Shown: positions 19,512 through 28,178 of the stretch, in pieces | Numbering within the stretch: the stretch's first letter is position 1 | Layout: each line of letters opens with the position of its first letter | Source: Anaerolineaceae bacterium | GTDB taxonomy: Bacteria; Chloroflexota; Anaerolineae; Anaerolineales; Anaerolineaceae | Direction: 5' to 3' | DNA: 64,000 nt | Assembly: GCA_017993575.1 (NCBI GenBank) | Contig: JAGOML010000002.1 | Span: 4,806-68,805 of the forward strand | Notes under the pieces: model-generated | The model's database searches: none | Told to the model about the DNA's origin: nothing | What the model saw: the letters and a program-made list of their open reading frames with translations, nothing else | Made by a program: the position numbers and the translations under genes

Positions 19512-20264
19512 TTATCGATTTGGATAGACACAGACCTTGCGGTTTGGTTCTTCACCCGTAGATTCCGTGCTGACATTCTCGTTCTTGCGCAGTTCCATGT
19601 GAATGATTCTGCGCTCGTTGGCGGGCATTGGTTCGAGGTATTGCTTCCGGCCGGTTGCCAAAACCTGGTCCGCGGCGCGGCGGGCAAGCTTTTTAAGTTC
19701 AGTCTGTCTGCGTGCCCGATAATGCTGCACATCCACCTGAATCGGAATCCAGTGCGAGGTTTTGTGACTTACCATCAAGCTCAGAATGTATTGAAGCGCG
19801 TTAAGTGTTTCGGCTTTCCTGCCGATGAGATAACTTAAGTCGTCTCCCTCAATATTAGCCAGTACAACGGGTTTTTCTTCAGGGTCTGTTTCCGCGTAGG
19901 ATATGCTGACCTTGGCATTGATGCCCATTTTGGTCAGCAGCTCCACCAGTGTGTCGCGCACAACGACCTGGTCCGCATTGAGCTCCCCTATCTGGATTTC
20001 CGCCGGATGAAATGAATCGGTTTGGGCTTCTGTAGACGCAGTTTCCCTTGGAATATTCAAATTTCCGGCAGCTTTGGCGCTAGATTTCACAATCAGGCGC
20101 ACGCGTGCCTGGCGCGTCGCAAAGCGGAACAAATTCCGTTTTCCCTCATCCAAAACTTCCACATCAACCGCCTCTCTGGATAATCCCAGATCAGACAGCC
20201 CCTTTTCCACCGCCTCTTCTACAGTCGGTGCGATTACCTCCAATGTGGTTTTTTCTTCGGCCAT
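19512..20264 (-). CDS. jag: Jag/KhpB RNA-binding protein (Jag_N, KH, R3H)
   Basis: C-terminal R3H signature LEPMPANERRIIHMEL. Sits immediately downstream of yidC. Confidence 0.85.
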   Translation of the reverse strand: MAEEKTTLEVIAPTVEEAVEKGLSDLGLSREAVDVEVLDEGKRNLFRFATRQARVRLIVKSSAKAAGNLNIPRETASTEAQTDSFHPAEIQIGELNADQVVVRDTLVELLTKMGINAKVSISYAETDPEEKPVVLANIEGDDLSYLIGRKAETLNALQYILSLMVSHKTSHWIPIQVDVQHYRARRQTELKKLARRAADQVLATGRKQYLEPMPANERRIIHMELRKNENVSTESTGEEPNRKVCVYPNR

Positions 20265-20305
20265 GGTTTCACCCTTCAGTTCTCCTGGGAATCCTTCCTC
20301 AGGGG

Positions 20306-21208
20306 CTATTTTTTACGTTTGTATTGAGGCCTTTGCTGCTTTACCGCTGCGCGGGCAGAAGGTTTTGAAGCTGGTTTGGGAGCTTCAGGTTCTTCATCTT
20401 CCTCTTCATCGTCTGGAATCACCACCACCGGAGTTGGTATAGGTTCGGGCGATTTTGTCTTAATCCATGGAAACAACCGCGACCAATTTGCGCGGCCTTG
20501 CGCTGAATACTGAACAACGGTCGCAATATTGCTAACGAGGAAGTAGAGCGCCAGACCTGAAGCAAGTGAGTAAGCCATCCAACCCATTAGAACGGGCATG
20601 TAGATATTCATGCTTTTAGTCATCGCCGCCGCCTGGTCACCAACGCCGGTGGATGGCGGTTCCATCGCCTTGCTTTGCAGCCAGGTCGTGGCGACAACGA
20701 TAATTGCCAGAATCGGGATCTGTATCCCAAGGATTGGCAAACGTTCCGGTTGGCCTAAATCCATCCACAGGAAACGGTTTTGAATGGGAAGTATCTTGTT
20801 CGCATCAAGGAAAGGATAAATTAAGCGTTCCAAGCGGAATATCTCAAGCGGTGTCGCGGCCATAGCCTTGATAATGCTTTGGTAGAGTCCGATAATTATT
20901 GGAAACTGGATAAGCGTGGGCAAACAAGAACCGAAGGGACTGACGCCGGTCTCTTTGTAAAGCTTCATCTGTTCTTCGGCCAGCTTTTCCTTGTTGTCGC
21001 GGTACTTCTCCATCATCTTCTTGTACCGCGGATCGCTTTGCAGCTTCTGCATCGCGGAAGTCTGTTTCAGCTGTTTGGCGGTAAGAGGATAAGTTACCAA
21101 CTTAATTAAAAGTGTAAACAGGATGATGGCAACACCAAAGTTTTTCACCACCATTGTGATTGCAAGCAGAACATTTGTAAAAGGTTGAATAATCAGCGTA
21201 TCCCACAT
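20306..21208 (-). CDS. yidC: Membrane protein insertase YidC (short, monoderm type with basic C-tail)
   Basis: LLIKLVTYPLTAKQLKQTSAMQKLQ and GCLPTLIQFPI motifs. Lys/Arg-rich C-terminus. Confidence 0.9.
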   Translation of the reverse strand: MWDTLIIQPFTNVLLAITMVVKNFGVAIILFTLLIKLVTYPLTAKQLKQTSAMQKLQSDPRYKKMMEKYRDNKEKLAEEQMKLYKETGVSPFGSCLPTLIQFPIIIGLYQSIIKAMAATPLEIFRLERLIYPFLDANKILPIQNRFLWMDLGQPERLPILGIQIPILAIIVVATTWLQSKAMEPPSTGVGDQAAAMTKSMNIYMPVLMGWMAYSLASGLALYFLVSNIATVVQYSAQGRANWSRLFPWIKTKSPEPIPTPVVVIPDDEEEDEEPEAPKPASKPSARAAVKQQRPQYKRKK

Positions 21209-21222
21209 GGGAATCGTTCTCC

Positions 21223-22296
21223 TTATCTAGCGGGGGTGAAAGACCAAACCGGATTACCGGCCGAGTCATATGCCTGCAGCAGAGCCTGCCCCTTGGTAAC
21301 TGCCACGACAATTTTATCTGAGCTTACCACGGGTGTGGTGTAAAGTTTGCCATCCAAAGTTCTTGTCCACAGCGGTGAGCGATCGGAAAGTTTATAAGCT
21401 CGCAGTTCGCCTTTTTCAAGCGCAATCACAAATGAATCTTCCAAGGGAAGGATACCCGCGACAATTTCTCCGCCGGCGTCCAATGTCCAATCTACTGTGC
21501 CCGTTGAAAGCTTGAGCGAGAAAATTTTGCCGCTTTCATCCGCAAAGAGCAGGCTGTCTTCCAGGATGAGCGGCGTTGCGTAAATAGCTGTGATTTCACC
21601 GTTTTGACCGAAAGTCCAGTTGATGCTGCCGTCCACGCTATTGATGCTCACCAATTCGTTTCCCAGGGAGCCAACAAAAAGAGAAGCGCTGGCGGGGTCA
21701 TAAGCCGGTGCGGATATCAGAGCGCCCTTGAGTTCGGTTTTCCACAGGAGTTCTCCGGTATCTTTATTCAGCGCAAGCAGGTAATGGTCCAATCCAGCGA
21801 CTATCACGGCGTCTTCTAGTACGAGTGGTTCCGCGATGAACCCAAACTCTCCGCTGAATTTCCACTTGAGGGAACCGTCGGCATTGAGAGCGTAGACGCT
21901 GCGGTCGCTGCTTGGTGCAACGATTAGCTCGCCATCGGTCGCGGCTTTGGCCTGAAACCAACCTTTTCCTTCTGAAAAGTTCCAGATTTCCGCGCCGCTC
22001 GCAGGATCAAGCTTGTGAAATTTATTCGCGAGGTCGCCCACAAAAACACCGCCGTCGTTCAGCAATGCCGGCGCGTAGAGCACCACCTGTACAGAACCCG
22101 TCGCTGGGAAGCGCCAAAGCTCGGTACCAATTTTGGAATCGACTTTATATAGATGTTGCTGGTAAGAAACATATACTGCGCTGTCATCAGCACTCAGCCC
22201 AGGCGCGCTTTCGGCGCGCGGACCCATGGCGCAGCCTGCCAGTAAAACTGCAGCAAGCAAAAAGAGCAAAATAACTTTAAACAATGGTTTTTTCAT
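21223..22296 (-). CDS. PQQ-like (BamB/YxaL-type) beta-propeller lipoprotein
   Basis: Signal peptide ending in a LAGC lipobox. Repeated ..G(E/T)xLW(K/R/N)F.. blades throughout the 357 aa. Confidence 0.75.
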   Translation of the reverse strand: MKKPLFKVILLFLLAAVLLAGCAMGPRAESAPGLSADDSAVYVSYQQHLYKVDSKIGTELWRFPATGSVQVVLYAPALLNDGGVFVGDLANKFHKLDPASGAEIWNFSEGKGWFQAKAATDGELIVAPSSDRSVYALNADGSLKWKFSGEFGFIAEPLVLEDAVIVAGLDHYLLALNKDTGELLWKTELKGALISAPAYDPASASLFVGSLGNELVSINSVDGSINWTFGQNGEITAIYATPLILEDSLLFADESGKIFSLKLSTGTVDWTLDAGGEIVAGILPLEDSFVIALEKGELRAYKLSDRSPLWTRTLDGKLYTTPVVSSDKIVVAVTKGQALLQAYDSAGNPVWSFTPAR

Positions 22297-22308
22297 GCGT
22301 CTCCAAAG

Positions 22309-22605
22309 TTAGGGAACTGGATCGTATCCGCCTTCGTTGAATGGATTGCATCTTGCGATCCGTTTAATTGCCATCCAGGAGCCCTTTAGGGCGCCATATT
22401 TGTAAACAGCCTGATATCCGTAGTGCGAACAGGTGGGATAAAAACGGCAGGTTCCCGGAGGAAGCGCCGGAGAAACAATCAACTGATACGCGCGGATGAG
22501 CAGGAGCATAAAGATTCTGGGTATGTATTGAAGGCGAAAAGGCAGCTCCCTGATTCTGGGGTCTGTGTGTTTATGTTCCTTTTCCCTTACAGGTTGATCA
22601 ACCAT
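22309..22605 (-). CDS. yidD: Membrane protein insertion efficiency factor YidD
   Basis: [32 protein letters not shown] core. 8-nt overlap with rnpA. Confidence 0.85.
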   Translation of the reverse strand: MVDQPVREKEHKHTDPRIRELPFRLQYIPRIFMLLLIRAYQLIVSPALPPGTCRFYPTCSHYGYQAVYKYGALKGSWMAIKRIARCNPFNEGGYDPVP

Positions 22606-22951
22606 TTTGTACTCTGTTGATTAACCCAGCTTTCACCAATAAACTGTGAACTGCCTGATCAATCTCAATTGGTTCCGCATCAAGAAGGCGTTTTCGCGCA
22701 ATCAATAAGATATCAAAACCTTCCCGCAGTTCGCCCGAGCAGCGGCTTAGTCTCGCGCGAAGGAGGCGTTTGCAGCGATTCCGCTGAACAGCGCCTCCAA
22801 CCGATTTGCTCGCGATGACGGCCGCGCGCGTCGTTTCCAATTCATTCCGCGCGAAAAGCAACACCAGCCATACATTTGAATATGAATTCCCATTTTGCCG
22901 TACAGACTGGATATCCTGTGAACTCTTCAGCGATAAAAGCGGCTTCCTCAA
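22598..22951 (-). CDS. rnpA: Ribonuclease P protein component
   Basis: 117 aa, basic. Sits between rpmH and yid[18 protein letters not shown] is the RNR motif. Confidence 0.85.
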   Translation of the reverse strand: MRKPLLSLKSSQDIQSVRQNGNSYSNVWLVLLFARNELETTRAAVIASKSVGGAVQRNRCKRLLRARLSRCSGELREGFDILLIARKRLLDAEPIEIDQAVHSLLVKAGLINRVQNG

Positions 22952-22987
22952 AGATACCCGGATGCTTCCAAGAACAACTACCCCGGT

Positions 22988-23158
22988 TTACCAGTGGATG
23001 CGTTTGGTGTGGTTGTTTGCCTTCGTGGCTAATTGATAGCGACCGCGCAGACGGCGGCGTTTCAGCACTTCGCGGCCATTTTTTGTGGACATGCGGCTGC
23101 GGAAACCGTGTACGCGCAAACGTCGTTTTACTTTTGGTTGATAAGTTCGTTTAGTCAT
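22988..23158 (-). CDS. rpmH: 50S ribosomal protein L34 (absent from the ORF track because under 60 aa)
   Basis: My own translation: [56 protein letters not shown]. The canonical L34 core is present, followed by an extra tail of about 11 aa. Confidence 0.9.
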   Translation of the reverse strand: MTKRTYQPKVKRRLRVHGFRSRMSTKNGREVLKRRRLRGRYQLATKANNHTKRIHW

Positions 23159-23227
23159 TTTTTCCTCTCAAAAACTCCAGCCTGCTTCTTACCAGACCGA
23201 AGGGGCTATTTGCGAATTAACCTTTAG

Positions 23228-23257
23228 ATTTTACACGATTATGCCGCGATGCGTCAA
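23228..23257 (-). promoter_or_regulatory. Candidate sigma-70-type promoter for rpmH-rnpA
   Basis: The minus strand reads TTGACG (23257-23252), an 18-nt spacer, then TAAAAT (23233-23228), about 70 nt upstream of the rpmH ATG. Confidence 0.45.
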
Positions 23258-23260
23258 GCC

Positions 23261-23288
23261 AAACAAAGTGTGAAACAAAGTGTGAAAC
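23261..23288. repeat. Tandem 12-mer (AAACAAAGTGTG x2 plus a partial third copy)
   Basis: The plus strand reads AAACAAAGTGTGAAACAAAGTGTGAAAC. On the minus strand this is TTTCACACTTTG repeated, directly upstream of the -35 element above. Confidence 0.8.
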
Positions 23289-23329
23289 CGCATGTTTTTG
23301 GGACTCTTGTAACCAGCACAGGTGGGAAG

Positions 23330-24595
23330 CTAGTCCAGAATTTCAGCAAGCAAAACCCCATCCTGAGAAATCCCAGTAATCAAGGCATTGCTAATCGAAT
23401 TTGCCAGGTTCTTGTCGTTCGTAGTGCGAACCCGGAAATAATCCGCGGTAAAGCCTTGAAATGTGCCTTCGCGGCTGTGTTCCCACAATATTTTTGCGCT
23501 TGAGCCGACTTTTGCTTGCTGTTTTCGGGTTGTTTTTTGCTGCAATAAATCTCTCAGCGCTTGGCTGCGCGATTGACTGATTTTTTCCTGAACCTTTTCA
23601 GGCATGCGCGCCGCAACAGTTCCGGGCATCGGGGAGAATTTGAACACATGCCCACCCGCGAAATCCATCTCGGTGACGAATTCCATGGTCTCATTAAAAA
23701 GTTCATCGGTTTCTCCCGGGAAACCACAAAGGAGGTCCGTAGTTACCTGTATTGTGGGCGCTTTTATCTGAACCAACCGCATCAGCGCGCGGTAATCCGC
23801 CGCGGAAAAGGGGCGAGCCATGGAGTGCAGAATGCTTTCACTGCCGCTTTGAAGTGGAATATGCAGATGAGGACAAAGGCGCTCGTTGTTAAAACACGCT
23901 AGCAGAGCTTCATCCACATCCCAGGGTTCAATTGAGGAAATCCTGAGGCGCGGAAGGCTGGTTTCCTCCAGCAGCTTTCTGACCAGATGGGCAATCCGCA
24001 AGCTGCCGCCTGGCAGATCTTTTCCCCACGAGCCAATTTGCACGCCCGTAAGCACGATTTCCTTTACTCCCGCTTCTTCAGCCTGTCGCGCTTGCCAAAT
24101 CACATCTTCTACCGGGACGCTTTTCGATTTTCCTCGCGCAATGCGCGTCAGGCAATAAGTGCAATAGTTATCGCAACCGTCCTGAACCTTAATAAAACTC
24201 CGAGTGCGCGAACGTGCGCCTAGCTCAGGTTTTGCGGAAGGCGACACCAAACTCTTGTCGGACATGTGTCCAAATAGATGTTGGGGAATTAATTCTTTTC
24301 CTTTATTCGGGATGGATAGGTCTTCGCCAACCAAAGCAGCCGCTTGTTGTGTAAAAGCTGAAACATAACAACCAGTCGCGACGACCCGCGCTCCAGTATC
24401 GCGTTGATAGCGGCGTATGACTTTACGGGAATCGGCGCAGGCTTTTGCCGTCACGCAGCAGGTATTCACAATGACATAATCCGCCGCGCGTGGGTCGGTT
24501 ACAACCTCATGTCCCCGCATGCGGAAATCAAGCGCCAGCTTTTCAATCTCACTTTGATTGAGCCGGCACCCGACCATGTCCAGGTAAATCTTCAT
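23330..24595 (-). CDS. mtaB: MiaB-like radical SAM methylthiotransferase (MtaB-type)
   Basis: N-terminal UPF0004 cysteines (GCRLNQ, VNTCCVT). Radical SAM motif CDNYCTYC. C-terminal TRAM-like tail. Confidence 0.85.
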   Translation of the reverse strand: MKIYLDMVGCRLNQSEIEKLALDFRMRGHEVVTDPRAADYVIVNTCCVTAKACADSRKVIRRYQRDTGARVVATGCYVSAFTQQAAALVGEDLSIPNKGKELIPQHLFGHMSDKSLVSPSAKPELGARSRTRSFIKVQDGCDNYCTYCLTRIARGKSKSVPVEDVIWQARQAEEAGVKEIVLTGVQIGSWGKDLPGGSLRIAHLVRKLLEETSLPRLRISSIEPWDVDEALLACFNNERLCPHLHIPLQSGSESILHSMARPFSAADYRALMRLVQIKAPTIQVTTDLLCGFPGETDELFNETMEFVTEMDFAGGHVFKFSPMPGTVAARMPEKVQEKISQSRSQALRDLLQQKTTRKQQAKVGSSAKILWEHSREGTFQGFTADYFRVRTTNDKNLANSISNALITGISQDGVLLAEILD

Positions 24596-25258
24596 CTATT
24601 GTTTCGTTACCAAAAAGTTCGTGAAAAGGACGGAGGCTGCGCCAGCTTCGCGCGTTTCTACGATAAAACCTACATCACCGGCAGAAAAACTATCGTCGCG
24701 CACAGAATGCAGCATTTTCCCGTTGACCATGAGGGACAGTTGCTCGCCTTTGCAGGTGATAGTGATTTCATTCTGCCCGTCTGCCTGAGATATCAAATCT
24801 GAATAGACGAATTGTTCCATTCCAAGCAATAATTCTTGCCCACCACTAACCTTGATAAGCGCGTAATAGCCATCGCTGCTAATCAAATAGCTGTAATAAT
24901 TGCTGGCATCCTGATACCTGAAGATTATGCCAAAGTTAGTGTCCTGCTCGCCGCTTATGTGCTTGGCATCGACTGACACCTGCACGTCCTTAAACCGCAG
25001 CCCTGGAACCGCCCACGAGCGAGAATTTGCGTTCTTAACGGAAATTATGTACGCGCTGTCTGAATACCCTTTAAGTTCGTAGATATCATTCACGTTCTCC
25101 CAACCAGTTGTCTGGTCGGAAAAATCGTCCTCAAAAAGGATCTGACCCTCTTTCACCCAGGGCAATTGGTCTATGCTGGCCCAATCGGGCAAGCAAGCGC
25201 TGAGGCTGAGAGCGCACAGCAAACAGATGACGCTGAGAAAGAGGGTCTTGTTTTTCAT
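24596..25258 (-). CDS. Hypothetical lipoprotein, concanavalin/LamG-like jelly-roll suspected
   Basis: The internal ATG at 25258 gives MKNKTLFLSVICLLCALSLSAC (lipobox). The longer ORF-track start would overlap glnA. The stop abuts the mtaB ATG with no gap. Confidence 0.6.
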   Translation of the reverse strand: MKNKTLFLSVICLLCALSLSACLPDWASIDQLPWVKEGQILFEDDFSDQTTGWENVNDIYELKGYSDSAYIISVKNANSRSWAVPGLRFKDVQVSVDAKHISGEQDTNFGIIFRYQDASNYYSYLISSDGYYALIKVSGGQELLLGMEQFVYSDLISQADGQNEITITCKGEQLSLMVNGKMLHSVRDDSFSAGDVGFIVETREAGAASVLFTNFLVTKQ

Positions 25259-25305
25259 GCTTTTATCATACCAAAGATGATGGTCAGGGGCAATTGCCTT
25301 AGCGT

Positions 25306-26643
25306 TTATATCGCTTCCAGGTAACGCCTGACTTCCCAATCAGAGACATGGATACGGTATTCTTCCCATTCTGCAAGCCGTGTCTCCACAAACTTCTGTG
25401 AGAGGGTCTCTCCCAACGCGGAATGTAGTAGTTCGTCTGTCAGGTACACTTCCACGGCTTCTTTCAACGAACCCGGAAGCACTTCCACTCCCAAATCACG
25501 CCGTTCTTGGTCGCATAATTCGTACACATTCACATTATTCAATGGCTTCGGACAAGGAATATCGCGGTCTATCCCATCCAGCCCAGCTGCCAACATTGCG
25601 TTAAATGCCAGGTAAGGATTAGCGGATGGGTCTGGAAAACGCAATTCTATGCGCACTCCTCCTTTATTACCGCGGGAAACCATGGGGATACGAATTAAAG
25701 CGGAGCGATTTACCTGCGCCCAGCCAATGTACACCGGTGCTTCGTAGCCAGGAACCAGGCGCTTATATGAATTAACGCTCGGGGCGACTACAGCAGATAA
25801 AGCTCGGGCGTGCGCTAATTGTCCGGCAATATACCCATAAGCGATTTTTGAAAGATGATTCGCGTCCTTTTCGTCATAGAACAAGTTCTCACCGTCCGCG
25901 CTGATGGATTGGTGGCAGTGCATTCCCGAACCGTTGATGCCAAAAACAGGTTTCGGCATAAAGGAGGCAATCAAGCCGTGCTTGGCCGCGATAGCTTTAA
26001 TGGCTGACTTGAAAGTCAGCACATTATCAGCGGTTCTTAACGCGTCGTCAAAGCGAAAATCAATTTCATGCTGGCCTAAGGCAACTTCGTGATGCCCTAC
26101 CTCAACATTCAAGCCCATTTGTTTGAGAGCGGACATCAATTCAGTGCGGACAATGACGGCCTGGTCATTCGCGGAAAAATCGAAATAACTGCCAATGTCA
26201 TATGGCACAGGATGAATCGATTCAGATCCATTCCGTAAAAACAGGAAAAACTCAGGCTCAGGGCCAATATTTAACGTCCAGCCGCGCTCGTCCTTGAGCC
26301 GCTTAAGATTTGACTTGAGACGTCCGCGGGGATCGCCCTCAAAAGGTTCCCCATTGGGGCGGAGAATATCGCAAAGCACTCTGGCGCGTTTTAATTCATC
26401 CGGCGACCAAGGCAAAATCGCGTACGTCTCGGGGTCCACTCGCAAATGCATGTCGCTTTCCTGAATGCGAGCAAAGCCTTCGATCGAAGAACCATCGAAC
26501 CAAATTCCTTCATCAATGCTCTCTTCCAGACGATCCACCGGACCATCCAGGGATTTAACCACCCCATTGATATCTGTAAACTGGTAAGAAATGAATTTAA
26601 TTCTGTCTTCCTTGACACGTTTGAGTAATTCTTTTGTATCCAT
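25306..26643 (-). CDS. glnA: Glutamine synthetase type I
   Basis: FTDINGVVKS, GSSIEGF, GPEPEFFLF and KPVFGINGSGMHCHQS motifs. AGGAGG SD. Confidence 0.95.
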   Translation of the reverse strand: MDTKELLKRVKEDRIKFISYQFTDINGVVKSLDGPVDRLEESIDEGIWFDGSSIEGFARIQESDMHLRVDPETYAILPWSPDELKRARVLCDILRPNGEPFEGDPRGRLKSNLKRLKDERGWTLNIGPEPEFFLFLRNGSESIHPVPYDIGSYFDFSANDQAVIVRTELMSALKQMGLNVEVGHHEVALGQHEIDFRFDDALRTADNVLTFKSAIKAIAAKHGLIASFMPKPVFGINGSGMHCHQSISADGENLFYDEKDANHLSKIAYGYIAGQLAHARALSAVVAPSVNSYKRLVPGYEAPVYIGWAQVNRSALIRIPMVSRGNKGGVRIELRFPDPSANPYLAFNAMLAAGLDGIDRDIPCPKPLNNVNVYELCDQERRDLGVEVLPGSLKEAVEVYLTDELLHSALGETLSQKFVETRLAEWEEYRIHVSDWEVRRYLEAI

Positions 26644-27111
26644 GGCATCCTCCTGTTAAATGCGCTTAACGCTTCAACGTTATCAGACCTGAAGCCAGTC
26701 TGCTCACTAAGCAATATTTGTGCCTCAGGTCGCCCTGCGGTTTTATTTTTGCTTGGTACAGGAAGATTGAAACCCGTGATAGGTTTCGGAGGCATCCGCT
26801 GATCGATCGATTTTTCCCGATTATCGGGTTAACACTTCTCTCGCAAGAAGGAACCTCCACCTCGTCATCTCAAATTGAGACTCAGCCGCTAAATCTTTGT
26901 TATTAGGTTGTTGGAACCCCCGTCTGGAATAAAGCCTCCCCGCCATGCCGTGTGCGGTGATGTTTTGAACCTGCGAGATGCAGGACTGGTTCTCCCTGCA
27001 GGATCAGTCTTGACCGGAGTCTATCACATCACCTGGTGTGAGTTTGAACCACTTTTAAATGTGTTGGTACAAAACTTGAGTGCCGCATCACGAACACAGC
27101 AGGGTACATTT

Positions 27112-27120
27112 CTTATACCA
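27112..27120 (-). promoter_or_regulatory. Candidate extended -10 (TGGTATAAG) about 470 nt upstream of glnA
   Basis: The minus strand reads TGGTATAAG. The same TGnTATAAT-type element precedes tRNA-Thr and other genes in this window. Confidence 0.35.
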
Positions 27121-27212
27121 TATATCAAATTATCTGCAAAGTGCGCAAGGCCTCCCCACAAGCAAATTTGTCCCGGAAGAATTCAACGCAATGGTTTCCA
27201 GGAAAAGCCGCT

Positions 27213-27221
27213 TGATATAAT
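27213..27221 (+). promoter_or_regulatory. Candidate extended -10 (TGATATAAT) for thpR
   Basis: The hexamer ends 6 nt before the GTG at 27228. No SD precedes either the GTG at 27228 or the ATG at 27237. Confidence 0.45.
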
Positions 27222-27227
27222 TGCGCT

Positions 27228-27815
27228 GTGAAAACAATGCGTTTGTTCATTGCTTGTGATTTTTCTGAGGAAACCTTAGCGAGAACCAGCGCAATCGCGA
27301 AGGAACTCAGGAACAAACTGCGCAACGAGCCTATTCGCTGGGTTTCTCCAGAGCTTTATCACCTCACCCTTCAATTTCTTGGGGACGTGCCTGAAAATAA
27401 AATCAAGCCCATCGAAGCTATCATCGCCGCTGTTTCCGAAAAATACCCGCGATTACCTGTAAGGCTTTCGGGAGCGGGGTGCTTCCCCTCGCTCAGGAAT
27501 GCTCAAACAATCTGGCTTGGGCTGGACACCAATCAACAACTCAACTTGCTGGTGGCAGACTTGCGCGCCGGGCTCAAGCCATTAGGTTTTGCGGATGACA
27601 GCACCTTTAAGCCACATCTGACCCTTGGCCGATTGAACCGGGATGCTTCAAATGAACAAAAAGCACGCGTCGCAGCCCAAATCTTAGCGATCAAAGCTTT
27701 TCAAACTGAGCTTGATTACTTTAATGAAATCATTCTTTACAAAAGCGTGCTTACCCCAAGCGGGCCGATTTACACTGCTTTGTCTCGCTTCAGTCTGAAA
27801 AGTATGTTAAACTAA
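27228..27815 (+). CDS. thpR: RNA 2',3'-cyclic phosphodiesterase (2H family, ThpR/LigT)
   Basis: Two HxT motifs (YHLTLQFLG and PHLTLGRL) at the expected spacing. Confidence 0.85.
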   Translation: MKTMRLFIACDFSEETLARTSAIAKELRNKLRNEPIRWVSPELYHLTLQFLGDVPENKIKPIEAIIAAVSEKYPRLPVRLSGAGCFPSLRNAQTIWLGLDTNQQLNLLVADLRAGLKPLGFADDSTFKPHLTLGRLNRDASNEQKARVAAQILAIKAFQTELDYFNEIILYKSVLTPSGPIYTALSRFSLKSMLN

Positions 27816-27830
27816 GTAAAGAGGTGCAAA

Positions 27831-28175
27831 CTGGAACCAATTACACAAGCGAAAAAGATTGTCTCTTACCTGGAAGAAAAACTCGCCGAGGATATCCTGC
27901 TTTTGGATTTACGCGGCGTTTCTGATTTTACGGATTTTTTTGTATTAGCAACCGGCACGAGTGACCGCATGCTCAGCAGTCTGGTGGAAAGCGCGGAGGA
28001 AAAGGGCAAGACTGAGGGCATGGGTAATCCCTATGTAGAAGGTCTGCCTCTTTCAGGTTGGATGGTGATGGATTATGGTTCCGTTGTTGTCCACCTTTTT
28101 TCCCCGGAGAAACGCGAATATTACCAGCTGGAAGAGCTCTGGAAAGCCGGAAAGATCGTCCTCCGTCTTAAATAA
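27831..28175 (+). CDS. rsfS: Ribosome silencing factor RsfS (probable non-canonical start)
   Basis: The DFTDFFVLATGTSDRMLSSL core is present. The conserved N-terminal helix (LEPITQAKKIVSYLEEKLAEDILLLDL) lies upstream of the TTG at 27903 used by the ORF track. The only starts within the open frame are CTG at 27831 (AAGAGG 6 nt upstream) or ATT at 27840. Confidence 0.75.
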   Translation: MEPITQAKKIVSYLEEKLAEDILLLDLRGVSDFTDFFVLATGTSDRMLSSLVESAEEKGKTEGMGNPYVEGLPLSGWMVMDYGSVVVHLFSPEKREYYQLEELWKAGKIVLRLK

Positions 28176-28178
28176 CGC

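Noticed and set aside
23159-23329. Replication origin next to rpmH
   Set aside because: Only two adjacent imperfect DnaA-box-like cores are present. There is no dnaA or dnaN, no AT-rich unwinding element, and the opposite flank is the 3' end of mtaB. It is kept only as a regulatory-repeat observation.
26644-27105. Glutamine riboswitch or T-box in the glnA leader
   Set aside because: I could not find the conserved glnA-motif cores (CGUUCA / GGACGGAAGUAGG / GAAGGAACGC) or a T-box sequence on either strand.
26908-27231. 107-aa ORF (TTG start) in the glnA/thpR gap
   Set aside because: It has no SD and a Pro/Cys/Arg-rich, non-protein-like sequence. It runs into the thpR promoter and start. The region is better treated as non-coding.
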